From Octopus sinensis (lineage: Eukaryota): a stretch of DNA of 64,000 bases. Every line of letters begins with the position of its first letter. The stretch's first letter is position 1. The notes under the pieces were generated by a model, which saw only the letters and a list, made by a program, of their open reading frames with translations, was not told the DNA's origin and searched no databases. Shown here piece after piece: positions 28,601 through 41,743 of the stretch. Where the stretch lies: assembly GCF_006345805.1 (NCBI RefSeq), contig NC_043005.1, forward strand, positions 53,878,001 through 53,942,000. The letters are read 5' to 3'. The translations under genes were made by a program, and so were the position numbers.

Positions 28601-29822
28601 GGCTGTTTAATTACAATAAATCCTACTTGTAAGATAATTAATTATATTGTAATCTGTAAGAGTTTAATGACTCATCAGCTTCAAAATTGCTTCATATTGA
28701 GATCATTTCTAAAGTGACAGTTCTACCATCTTTTAAAATGTAGACAGTGTAACTAATGGCAAAATTCCATTTATACACGTAGATAAGCTTGTGAATGCAA
28801 TTTAGTACATGCCTGTATATGTGAGTGTATGAACAGCTCTGAATGTTATAAGTGTATATGTGTTTATAAATAAATTCAAAGTTTTTAAATATAATTCATT
28901 CAAAATTAAAATATACTTTAAAAGGAGAGAAAAAATTCAAGGATAAGACGAAGTCAGAAAGAAGAGTAGCGATTGCTGTTTTCAATATTTAAATCCTAAA
29001 AGCAGAGTAGCTAACACAAGGCAAATTAAGGCAGAGGATTAGCAAAATCATTAGAGAACATGTAGCATTTAGTTACAGCACTTCACATTCTGAATTCAAA
29101 TCCTGTCATGGTCACATCTGACTTGTGGAGGCACATGGCCTAGTTGTTAGAGCAGCAGACTCACGGTCGAGGGATCACGGGTTCGAATCTTAGACCGGGT
29201 GATGTGTGTGCTTATAAAAACAAGAACTTGGTAAACAATTGAAATATTCCAGAATAAGTAGCATTTATAGTATGAATCTTTAATAGTTAAGTTAGTGTTA
29301 ACATTTTTAATGCAGGGACTGTGAAAAATTTATTTTGAAATATTTATACACTGAAGAAATGAATACATTAAACTCAGTGATTAATACTGGTCTCAAATTT
29401 GTCTGTCTTTAGGTTCTAAGTTCAAATTCCACCAAGGTCGACTTTGCCTTTCATCCTTTCGGGGTCGATTAAATAAGTACCAGTTACGTACTGGGGTTGA
29501 TGTAATCGACTTAATACCTTTGTCTGCCTTGTTTGTCCCCTCTATGTTTAGCTCCTCGTGGGAAATAAAGAATTAAATATTGGTCTCAAATTTTGGCACT
29601 AGCCAGTAATTTCAGGGTTGGAATAAATCGATTATATTGACCCCAGAGCTTATTGACACCCAAAAGAATGAAAAGCAAAATCATTCTCAGTAGAATTTGA
29701 GCCAGATCATAAAGATAAACGAAATGCCACTAAGCATTGTGTCCAACATGCTAATAATTCTGCCAGCTCACTGCCTTAGTTCAACGATGAATATTAATCT
29801 ATCAGCATGTATGGGAGACAGG

Positions 29823-29862
29823 TCTGGACATGTTTTAGTCTTATTAGACTTCATCAGGGAAA
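29823..29862 (-). ncRNA. Degenerate hammerhead motif
   Basis: Minus strand CTGATGA-agtct-aata-agact-AAAAC-at-GTC. Stem II is perfect, G12 is mutated to A, and stem I is disrupted. Confidence 0.5.
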
Positions 29863-30646
29863 CAAACTTCACTGTACTTGTCAAAGTTGTGATGAGTAGA
29901 TGTAACGTTTCTACATGTGTAGACATGAAAAATTGATATATTTGAAAAAAAGCCTAATTACTATAATAAGAGTTATTGTGCTTTTACATATTCAATATAC
30001 AAAGAGTCTCATCAACAGCAGCACCAACAACAACAGTTGCTGCAATTATTTCGGATATTACATGGGTAATGTTGATGATGATGACAATGAAAGTGGTGAT
30101 GACAGTAACGATTATGATGATGACAATGATGATGTTTTACTTTAGAATTAAGAGATATTGAAACTTAACCCAAATTCTGTCATATATATTCTTTCCTTAT
30201 TTTAGCACAAGGCCAGCAATTTTGAGGGGTGGGGAAGTTGATTATGTCAGCTCCAGTGCTCAAATGGTGCTTATTTCATCAACAGGCGAAGTCAATGTTG
30301 GTAGAATTTGAACTCAGAATATTCACACAGACAAAATACTGTTCAGCATTTTGTCTATTTTTAGTACACCTGACAAAATGCTCAGGAGCATTTTATCCAT
30401 TGAGGTAATGATTATTCCAGCTTACTGCCATCAAATCTGGTCAGAAATATAAAATTAGTTACCTGTATATTAGTTGAAGCATTTTGTAAAGGTATTAGCA
30501 GTAAAGATTGGGACCATACTGAAACTGTTGTGTTGTCTCAAATTGTTAGGGATTTATTGGGTTGTGACACAGCAAGTGATATCTGGACTCAGAATGATAT
30601 GAATCTGAAGATTGTCATTGACTTTACCTTCCTGGAATGTGATATT

Positions 30647-31243
30647 GTTCACCATCATCAATTCACCACAAGGAATGTTCACCATTATCAATTGAATGCT
30701 GGGAAGTTCACCATCATCAGTTAACCACAGGGAAAGTTCACCATCATCAATTTACCACAAGGAATGTTCACCATTATCAATTGAATGCTGGGAAGTTCAC
30801 CATCATCAATTCACCACAGCGAAAGTTCACTATCATCAATTCACTGCCGGGAAAGTTCACCACAGAGAAAGTTCACCAATTCACTACAGGGAAAGTTCAC
30901 CATCATCAATTCACTGCCGGGAAAGTTCACCAATTCACTACAGGGAAAGTTCACCATCATCAATTCACTGCCGGGAAAGTTCACCACAGAGAAAGTTCAC
31001 CAATTCACTACAGGGAAAGTTCACCACCATCAATTCACTGCCAGGAAAGTTCACCATCGTCAATTCACCACTGGGTAAGTTCACCATCATCAATCCACCA
31101 CAGGGAAAATTCACCATCATCAGTTCACTGCTGGGAAAGTTCATCATCAATCCACCACAGGGAAAATTCACCATCATCAGTTCACTGCTGGGAAAGTTCA
31201 TCATCAATCCACCACAGGGAAAATTCACCATCATCAGTTCACT
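30647..31243 (+). repeat. Minisatellite, units about 15-30 bp built on gggaaagttcacca(tcatcaattcact)
   Basis: About 20 variable units. Inverted copies of the motif at 31738-31795. Confidence 0.9.
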
Positions 31244-31290
31244 GTTTTTTTCAATAAAGTAGCTTTCAACTATTAATGGTGAGATACTAT

Positions 31291-31508
31291 TCTTTTATTC
31301 TTTTCCTTTTACTTGTTTCAGTCATTTGACTGTGGCCATGCTGGGACTCTGCCTTTAGTTGAACAAATCGACTCCAAACCTATTTTTTGTAAGCCTAGTA
31401 CTTATTCTGTTGGTCTCTTTTGTGAAACTGCTAAGTTTATGGGGATGTAAACACACCAACGTCAGTTGTCAAGCGATGTTGGGGAGACAAATAAAGACAC
31501 ACAAACAT

Positions 31509-31555
<47 letters not shown>

Positions 31556-31717
31556 CGACGGGCTTCTTTCAGTTTCTGCCTGCCAAACCCACTCACAAGT
31601 CTTTGGTCGGCCCTAGGCTATAGTAGAAGACACTTGCTCAAGGTGTCACGTAGTGGGACTGAACCCGGAACCATGTGGTTGACAAGCAAGCTTCTTACCA
31701 CACAGTCACACCTGTGC
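31291..31717 (-). mobile_element. Major SINE family
   Basis: Same consensus. Confidence 0.85.
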
Positions 31718-32161
31718 CTTTGGATATATTTTCTCAGTAAACTTTCCTCATGGTGAACTTGCTTCATGGTGAACTGACGGCAGTGAACTTACCTGTTTTG
31801 AAAGAGTTGCATTGGTCTGAGAACTCACATGACAGGATGATGAGGATGATGATGATGATGTTGATGAAGATTTCTGTCAGCATCTATAAAATAAAATGGA
31901 TCTTAATCAGAATTTTCATCCATGAATATTCAGTTGCTTCATCAACTAAAATAGCACACGAGTGGTCGAGTATTCCATAGACATATGTACACTTAATGTT
32001 ATTCTCAGTTGGAATGAGCATGGACCAGGATGAAAAGATTAGGTCATTGAACTGCATGTACAATCCATCCATCAGGCTCCTACATAGTTTCCATCTACCC
32101 AGTTTCACTTACAGGATATGAGTTGATGCAAGGCTATAGAAAATGATGCTTGTCCAAAGTA

Positions 32162-32610
32162 TCATCATCATCATCATCATCGTTTAACGTCTGCTTTCCA
32201 TGCTAGCATGGGTTGGACGATTTGACTGAGGACTGGCGAACCAGATGGCTGCACCTGGCTCCAATCTTGATCTGGCAGAGTTTCTACAGCTGGATGCCCT
32301 TCCTAATGCTAACCACTCTGAGATGGTAGTGGGTACTTTTACAGGGGCCAGTCAGGCTGTACTGGCAATGACCGCACTCAAAACTTTTTACACATTCCAC
32401 TGGCACAGGTGCCAGTAAGGTGATGCTGGTAATGGTCACGCTCAAATGGTACCTTTTATGTGCCACTGGCACGGAAGCCAGTTAACCGCTCTGGGAACAA
32501 TGACACTCGGATGGTGCTCTTAGCACCCTACTAGCATGGGGCTCAAGTGCCAGTAAGGCGACGCTGGTAACGATCACACTCGAATGACGCCTTTTATGTG
32601 CCACTGGCAT
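32162..32610 (-). mobile_element. 3' UTR fragment of the RTE family
   Basis: Same tail, plus internal gtgccactggcac repeats. Confidence 0.8.
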
Positions 32611-33139
32611 GGAAGCCAAGTGGAATTGAAACAGAGTTCTCATGTTTGCAAAGCAAACTTCTTAACTATTCAGCTATACCACACCTACAATCACCATCTA
32701 TACACAGTTGACATTAACTGTAATCCATCCATGGCTAATGAGAGGGCACCAAATATATCATTTGAGTCACAGAGAGGACAAAACATGATAAGAAATATTT
32801 TGACCTTACTGAAGTAAAAAGAATATAACATAATAAAATAAAAATACAAGTTATCTACCCATTCATGAAAATTAGAAGCTAAATTAAGAGTTATAGAATT
32901 TCAGCCATATGCTCTCAGAATTTTTAAATTGGTTCCTTAGCCAAACGTCTTACTGTTAACCTAGACAAGAAGGTCCTACAGTTGAAATATCTTCAGGTTG
33001 TTTCTGAGAATTCTACTTATTCTAGAGTAGATTCTAGAAATAATTTAATTTGTTCTGCAATGAAGCAAGAAAAAACTAGAAATCGAAGTTATTAGTCTGT
33101 GTTATTCAGTTAACCAACTTCAGACATTTTCAGTTTCCA

Positions 33140-33560
<421 letters not shown>

Positions 33561-33879
33561 ATATGCACATATATATACAGAGGGAGGAGGGAGAGAGAGA
33601 GAGAAGTTGTTAAAAAATTCACTTAAGAACAAAATGATGTCAGGTTCAGTCTCAGTAAATTGCTTCTCGATTAGGTGCCTTCTGGTATAGGTCTGGATTA
33701 ATGTCTTGTGAGAGAATTTAGTTTGTTGAAACTGTGAGAGCATGTTATATACATTCACACATACATACCTCCATACAGACAGACTGCTGAATTCAGAGTT
33801 GAATTAGAAATGAAACCCCAGGTGTGGAAGCAAAATCTGGAACCAAAGAGCCTTAAAGTTAATTTGGTAAGCTAGAAAA

Positions 33880-34385
33880 CAGACAGGAAACTAATCACTT
33901 CAGAAGAATGGTTATGTAGAGAGGTGCTGACAGAAATTCCATTTAGTGTACCCAGTGTAAAATCTGGACACATAATAGGTGGAGTGGAATCAAAGGTAGG
34001 TTAACAGAGAAAGTAGATTTTGTGTGTGGATGAGCAATAAACAGGAAGAACTAACAGGAAAAATACTTCCTCAAATTCTCAGGAGGATCCTGTGAGGTAG
34101 CTGAGAATTTATGTTATATTGGTGTTCTAAATAGTAGTGAAGAAAGTTGCTCTGAAACTATAGTTGCTACAATAAGAACCAACTATAGAAAGGAATTTTC
34201 TCTTGTGAGTAATTTGGTGGCCTCACTACTGCTTGTGTTACAAAAAACATAAAAAAGCACTCACAACATTCTGTAAAGAGGTTGGCATTCAAAAAGGCAT
34301 CAAGCCCAATCAGGCATTGGAACTCAATGCAGTCCTCTGGCTCACTAAGTCCTGTCAAACCATGAAACCTATGCTAGATGCTAAA
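33880..34385 (+). mobile_element. Old RTE 3' remnant
   Basis: Decayed RNSI*CTQCKIWTHNRWSGIKGRL..FVC motif and ggcattcaaaaaggcatc tail. Confidence 0.6.
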
Positions 34386-34453
34386 CAACAATGTTGATTT
34401 GATATATATATGTATATATATATATATATGTATGTATAATACATGTATGATAC

Positions 34454-35000
34454 ATGTAAATAAATTAGAGAAGAGTCACCATGAAGCAATTCAACAATGA
34501 TATACTTAAATCATACCATATAGAAAAAATTAAAGACACGATAAAACACACAACACAACAGAATACAATAAAACATTTACCTAAAACTAAAGTACTAAAT
34601 ACTAAATAGTATATAATTAGTAAATAGACTACACGTGTTTCGTGGTTATATTTTCAAATTGATAACAATAAAATCAATTTAATTTAGATATAGTCACTCA
34701 TCAGGTCTAAGATTAAAACAATAAAATAATTCAAATAATTAAATAAATGTACGTATTATTATCTTATAAGAAAAGATAAATATATATAAAAATACGTAAT
34801 TTTACAATAAAAAATTTAACAAAATTTTTCGTGTCTTTAATATTTTTCTATATGGTATGAGTTAAATATATCATTGTTGAATTGCTTCATGGTGGTTCTT
34901 CTCTAATTTATATACATTTATTATATATTGTGAAATTTGATTTAGTATTACTAAATGGAATTTTTCCCTGTAAGTTTGGAATCATATTCCCTAATATGAT
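34454..35000 (-). mobile_element. Fold-back element with inverted arms (34454-34546 / 34825-34917), internal HHR and shared terminus
   Basis: Arms gagaagagtcaccatgaagcaattcaacaatga.. / ..tcattgttgaattgcttcatggtggttcttctc. Flanked by (TA)n. Confidence 0.75.
34625..34709 (-). ncRNA. Type I hammerhead ribozyme inside a fold-back element
   Basis: Minus strand tagac-CTGATGA-gtg...cac-GAAAC-acgt-GTA-gtcta. Stem I tagac/gtcta, palindromic stem III ACACGTGT. Confidence 0.8.
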
Positions 35001-36333
35001 ATATATATATATATATATAATGTACTGTTCTGTGGTAGTAAGATCAAGAAAAAAGTATTCCATCTGGTTTATATATATACCAGCTGAATTACCTGGTAAT
35101 ACCTGGAAAAGCAGTGATTATTTCCAGTTCTCATTCCCATTACACTGTTTTATGTCTTGTCTCACTCCCTGTTCAGTTCCCATTTTAGTCATGCTCCCAT
35201 TCCTATCCCCAATCCTATGTCAATATATAAATTTTAGAATCATTTAGGTGTAGTTAAATCACTAAATATTTTATTAACCTTTTCATAATAATTTATTGCT
35301 AAAAATAGGTATTACAACCTATCAATATGGTTAGTGGGTGAATAATGAATATCCCTATGTTATTTTAACAAATGAATATACATCTAAGTAAAATAAATGA
35401 TTTGACCAGTAATACCAGGAAAGTGGGGGTTATTCCCAGTTCCCATTTACCATTGCAATGTTCCATGTCCTATCCCATTCCCTGTTAAGTTCCCATGTTT
35501 CTGTCCCACCCATCATTTATGGTAATAGTTTATTGCTAAAAATAGGTATTGCAAACTAAGGAATGTCCCTATGTATTTTAACAAACGAATATGCATCTGA
35601 GTAAAATCAATTAGATAAATAGAAACATTTGTAAAATCATTGACAAATACTCTGCATACTGTAGATGGCATTGTCATCTGTTGTAGCTTATTGTAGCTTA
35701 TCATAGTGAGGCCAGATCTCGCATCGCACAATTAAAATGATAAAGATGTTATGGTGATTTGAGATTTATTTCATCAAGTTAATCTTATGGTGAACCAACT
35801 TTCAGGTCATTGGTCATTACATTTTTTTATGTCCTATCCACACATCCCACAGTTGACCATGTCCTTAATGTGAACTTAGTGTGACATATGGGCACTGCAT
35901 ACGGAATTGTTTTCCTTTTGGAAAGCTGAGTTATTCTCACAAAGGTCACATGCTATTTGCATGAAGGAGTGTATGGTTGAGCCTTACGGAAGCCTTACTT
36001 AATTCATATCAGTAGATGTGTCATTGGTTTGTAAACATGTGCTACAGCCACCTCACTAGGGGGTCCATTATAGATTTTCATTAAAATCCATATATATATA
36101 TATATATATATATGTCCATTTAATTTTATATAAATATAGATATAATTATGTTTGTGTGTGTGTGTATATATGAGTGTGCAATTTATAGGAAAGTTCCAAG
36201 GGAATAATTACAAGGTAATATAAATGTTTTAATAGCATCCCGAGCATGTGTCTCCTTTTTCAATTTTTCCCTTTACACACACATATATGTATATATACAT
36301 ACATACATAATATATATATATATAATATATATA

Positions 36334-36372
<39 letters not shown>

Positions 36373-36891
36373 GTATGTGTGTATATTGTGTAATATAGAA
36401 GAAGAAAACAAAGGAATATAGCATTGCCCATGGGATTCAAATGCTGCATTTGCTGTATACTGTATAGGTGTACTTACCACATTGCTAAATGACATCACAA
36501 CCCTTGACAGCCTAAATTAGTACACTTAAATTAAGAAGGTACAATGATATACTAGTGACCTGTCAAAAGAGATTTCTGTCTACACAGTATTCAAGCTACA
36601 GTAATGTATACGCATCTATACTAATGCATGCTCACACACACACACAAATGCACACATACACGCACATACAGACACACACACAGACACTCACACACACTCA
36701 TATGTATGTATGCTTGTATGCATGTATTCATATATGAATATATTATATAATAAAGGAAGATGGAAATATGTTGTGACATTGCCTGTGGGATTCAGCAGTT
36801 AAGTCTGTTGTTCACCATGTAGGTGTTTTAACAACTACACCCAAGTAATGTCACAACCCATAACTGTCTAAATTATCTATATGTGTGTATA

Positions 36892-36926
<35 letters not shown>

Positions 36927-37423
36927 GTATATATAAATCTCTTAAATGTTTAAATATACACTGTATTTATATGAATAATATATAGTCTATTGACTAGTTT
37001 TCTACATGCTAGGCCACTGGTAGTAAAATTTCTAAACTTTTTTCCTACCCTGATATTTATTTTTTTTATATATATATCTGTCAGTCTCACTGCCTGTCTG
37101 TTTGTCTGTCAATCTCTCTCTCTCTCTCTCACACACACTCTCTGTATGTATATATATATATAATATATATATATATTCTTTATTTTTTCTTTTATTATTC
37201 TTTTACTTGCTTCAATCATTTGACTGTGGCTTTGCTGGAGCACCACCTTTAGTCGAATAAATCAACCCCAAGACCTACTCTTTGTAAGGCTAGTACTTAT
37301 TCTATGAGTCTCTTTTTGCCAAATCACTAAGTGACGGAGACATAAACACACCATTATCAGTTGTCAAGCAATAGTAGGGGAACAAACACAGACACAAACA
37401 ACAAACATATACATATATATATA

Positions 37424-37703
37424 TAAGTGGTTGAATGAATTATCCTAGTATGGATAATTCGGTTAACCGATACCCGGGTAGCAAATTCACGTCGGAAAAC
37501 ACGGTTGAAGCTACATGCCAATGGCAGAGATCACGTGCTTTCATGTGGAAATTTGTGTGTTTTTTTTACTATAAATAAATGAAAGAATGGAGTCGAACAA
37601 CGATTTAACAAAATTCCTTTATTCTCGACATATGTTTCGAAGACTGCATATTCTTAATTCCGAAGGAATAAAGGGTGCATTATGCCGCCACTCCATTCTT
37701 TCA

Positions 37704-37712
<9 letters not shown>
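37424..37712 (-). mobile_element. Solo pLTR-tail fragment related to the 57985-58300 PLE end, carrying the 3' half of an HHR
   Basis: tgaattatc..ggataattc..ttaaccgatacc..gtagcaaa..cacggttga matches 57995-58085. Minus strand tgcagtcttc-GAAAC-atat-GTC-gagaat. Short inversion atgaaagaatggagt/actccattctttcat. Confidence 0.7.
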
Positions 37713-37753
<41 letters not shown>

Positions 37754-37771
37754 CGTATATGTATATATATG

Positions 37772-38608
37772 CACAAGGTTGTATCAAAAAGTTCCTGGAC
37801 TAGATCTGTAGTGCACCAACAGATGTCAGCACACAGTTGCATGTGCAATAAGCACTAGCAGTGACCTTCAGGAAGTAGTGTGCTGATTAACATTGCTCTG
37901 TTTACATTGCAAGTTGTGAAATTTGTGTTTTTGTGATCATGTGCATGCTTTAATCTGCGATTTTGTCATGGACAGGAACAACTTGAGAAGTCTGCTACAG
38001 AGATGTTGAGCATGCTTCGGCTAGCTTCTGGTAATGAGGCAACAGGTTGTATTCAAGGTTCCAAGCAGCATGGATGCTTCAAAAGTGGAAGTACTTCTCT
38101 GGAAGACAATGAGTGATCTGAAAACTCTCTAGAAATGTGGTTCTGTGCTCTGAGAATTCATCTAGACTATCAAACAAGAGTTCTACTGTGATGCTTTGAA
38201 ATGTTTAAGGGAGGACACTTGGCGAAAGCAACTGGGTCTGTGGAGTGTGAAGGATTGGTTTCTTCACCATGCTCTTATTACTCATATGTTTCAACATGGT
38301 ATTGCTTCGGCACCCACTCTATCTGCCAGATTTAGCACCTGTGGATTTCTCTCTCTTCTCCAAAATGAAAATGCAGCTCAAAGGTCACTGTTTTAACACT
38401 ATTGCTGAGATCCAGAGTGAATCACAGAATGTTCATGTTTTTGTTTATGGAAAACGAGTTCCATGCCAGATTCCAAAAGTGGCAAGTACACTGGGACTGG
38501 TGTATTGTTGTGCAAGGTGACTATCTCAAAGGAAAAGATGTTAAAACTTAGATGGATAGGTTATTTTTTATTAAATATAACTAATCCTTGAATCTTTTCA
38601 TACCAACT

Positions 38609-38612
<4 letters not shown>
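37772..38612 (+). mobile_element. Internally deleted mariner with both TIRs
   Basis: TIRs caaggttgtatcaaaaagttcctggactag / ctaatccttgaatcttttcataccaactgg (21/30 match). HPLYLPDLAPVDFSLFSKMKMQLKGHCF is a degenerate YSPDLAP motif. Confidence 0.88.
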
Positions 38613-38644
<32 letters not shown>

Positions 38645-38665
38645 TAGTTATCTCTGTCTGTCCAG

Positions 38666-38741
<76 letters not shown>

Positions 38742-38769
38742 ACAGCATTGAACCAACTCTAAATGACAT

Positions 38770-39390
38770 TTATTTAGTTGTGAATAAGCTGAATAACAAT
38801 AAGTCTCCAGGGTCTGATGGAATATGTGCAGAAGTTTTGAAATATAGGGGTGACAAGATGTTTGCAGTCTTAAATATATTAATTTGTCACTTTTGGAGAA
38901 CTGAGAAAGTGCCTCACCACTGGATTGTTACCATTTTAGTCTCCTTGTATAAATCGGGGCCAAAGAATCTGCGTGGTAATAACACAAGTAAAACTCAAGA
39001 GAGATCTAAAGAAGAATGTAACGATTGAGAAGGTGAAGGACAATGACCTTTTGCGTGCACAGTCTGTGAAAGATCATGCCTGTCTTTTGCTGGCCTCAAA
39101 TTGCATCTGCGAACGCATGGAAAACAAACCTCCACTAACTATTCTGCCTATATGTCTGTGCACACTTTTGAATGAAGTGTATGCCAGGTCTGCAACTCCA
39201 ACGGAGGACTCAGGAGGCATTTTAAGGTCCACAAAGAGCAGAACTTATCTGCAGCTCTTGGTGGTCCAAATTGGAAGTGCAATCTATGTGAGTATCTTTT
39301 CAGAACATTGTCTGGTTTAAAAAGCCACATCAGATGCCATGATAGTGTTAAGGTGTAGGTACAGGAGGTGGTCAAACTCTGCATAAGGAG
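38770..39390 (+). mobile_element. Internally deleted RTE/BovB-like LINE: RT N-terminus joined to three C2H2-like fingers
   Basis: LNNNKSPGSDGICAEVLK..W.TEKVP.HW..ILVSLYK, then [67 protein letters not shown]. Confidence 0.75.
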
Positions 39391-39404
39391 TAGACAACCA
39401 CCAT

Positions 39405-39653
39405 ATGTATATATATATATATACACATATATAAATATGTATGTGTGTATGTATGTATGTATTATGTATGTATGTATGTATGTATGTATTATGTATGTAT
39501 GTATGTATGTATGTATTATGTATGTATGTATGTATGTATGTATGTATGTATGTATGTATGTATGTATGTATGTATTATGTATGTATGTATGTGTGTGTGT
39601 ATATATATATGTATATGTGTGCACGTATGTGTGTATATATATGTATATATGTG

Positions 39654-39710
<57 letters not shown>

Positions 39711-40030
39711 AATATATGCATATATACATACATATATTTACATACCTAATATATATGTATATATACATGCACATATGGGTACAGGACATAACAAAAATGT
39801 TGAACACAATGAGAAACGAAAACATAAAAACAAAAACATAGAAACGAACTTTTTTCCAAACAACAAAAAAAACAGAGAAACGAGACATATAACACAAACA
39901 CACACACAAATATATATATATACACATATATAAATATGTATGTGTGTATGTATGTATGTATGTATGTATGTATGTATGTATGTATGTGTGTGTGTATGTA
40001 CGTATGTATGTAAGTTTATATACATATGTA
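39405..40030. repeat. Compound (TATG)n/(AT)n microsatellites
   Basis: Direct reading. Confidence 0.9.
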
Positions 40031-41112
40031 TTTATAATGTATACATTTTCGTCCTGAAATGTGAATAAATCCTTGTCTGGTTCAACTCAGAAATAATTCA
40101 AATAATGAATTCATTATTTGTCTCTTTCATTCTATTAATTCAATGTAGTAGGGTTAAGATTAAAAATATCTTCATGGAAATATGATTATTAATTTTCATC
40201 TCATTTTGTTTCTAATGTCATTAAGTTATCAATATTTTGAGATCTTCATAACCTCATAGCTTCCACAATAAAAGAGTTTTGAGAAAAAAAAAAATCAAGG
40301 ACTGATGCTACTAGTGTGTGAGACAGGAGGAGAAAGGGAAAAACGAAAGCGAGACAGAATTGGGAAACAGAGAAAGAGAGCGAAAGAGAAAAACGAAAGA
40401 CAATAAAGCTATAGGATAAGTGAGAGCGGGAGGGGATTGAGAGTGGTGAGAGGGAGAGGGGTGATTGTGGTGTGAGAGACAAGAGAGAGATTTGGTCAAG
40501 TAGCAGAAGAAGGTCCTTTAAATGGAAACTAATTCACCTGGAACAATGAATTATATCCTGAAGCACTGACAGTCAACAAATAAATATTAATTAAGATTTT
40601 CTTTTATTAGACAATTAAGAGCTTGGTGTCATCCCACATGGAAAATAAAGAAATTAGGATAGCATAATAAGTGAAAGTACTTAATTGATGTGCCACATTA
40701 TATCAGCAGTTAAGAAGAAAACTTTATATCTCAGCTAAATATACTTTGACAAGAATCTATAATACAAACCTCATTAGAGACAGTGTTAATGGTTAAGAAA
40801 TCAGTTAGCGAATCTGTCATTGACGTACATAAGATAGATTTAGCTCTAATGTAACAATTTCCTATAGGATTACTTGTAAGAATATAGCATAAAATTTTTT
40901 TTTTAATATCGTCATAGGCACAGGTGTGGTTGTGTGATAAGAAGATTGCTTCCCAACTGCATGGTTCTGGGTTCCGTCCCACTGCATGACACCTTGGGCA
41001 AGTGTCTTGGTTAATTGCCCAAGGCCAATTAAAGTCTTGTAAGTGGATTTAATGGAGAGAAACTGAAAGTAGCCTACCATATGTATGTCTGTGTGTGTGT
41101 GTATATATATAT

Positions 41113-41410
41113 CATCATCATCATCATCGTCGTCATTTAACGTCCATTTTCCATGCTGGCATGGGTTGGACGGTTTGACTGAGGACTGGTGAGCCAGAGG
41201 CTGCACCAGGCTCAATCTGATCTGGCAAAATTTCTACAGCTGGATGCCCTTCCTAATACCAACCACTCCGAGAGCGTAGTGAGTGCTTTTTACATTCCAC
41301 CGGTACATGTGCTGGTAAGGCAAAACTGGCAACAATCACGCTCGGATATGCTTTTAACGTTCCACTGGCATGTGTGCCAATCAGTCGGTACTGTCATTGG
41401 CCACGTCAGC
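41113..41410 (-). mobile_element. 3' UTR fragment of the RTE family
   Basis: Same (cat)n tail and tttctacagctggatgccctt motif. Confidence 0.8.
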
Positions 41411-41514
41411 AATTTTGTTGTGTGTGTGTGTGTGTGTGAATGCATGTGGTGGGGTCGTCCCCTCCACTGCTTGACAACAGAGACTAATATAATAAGTACA
41501 AGGCTTTTTTTTAA

Positions 41515-41743
41515 TTAACCCTTTAGTGTTCACATTATTCTGCCAAAATTAATCCTTTTTTATCCACATTGTTTTGAACTAATCATGCATTATCTTGTAG
41601 CTATGAGATTTTGATGAGGTAGCTGTTAATTTTTAAAATGATAATGTAAGGTTGGTGTGAGAGACCAGATCTGGCCAGTTTGACCATAAAACAGTCAGAA
41701 TACTTTTGGCTGGATATGGCCGGTTTAAATGCTAAAGGGTTAA
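41515..41743. mobile_element. piggyBac-type MITE
   Basis: TTAA|CCCTTTAG ... CTAAAGGG|TTAA. Related copies at 11599-11820, 13718-13943 and a partial copy at 8563-8635. Confidence 0.75.

Noticed and set aside
30647-31243. CRISPR-like array or His-rich protein gene
   Set aside because: Units are contiguous with no unique spacers, the context is eukaryotic, and several frames are open simply because the unit lacks stops.
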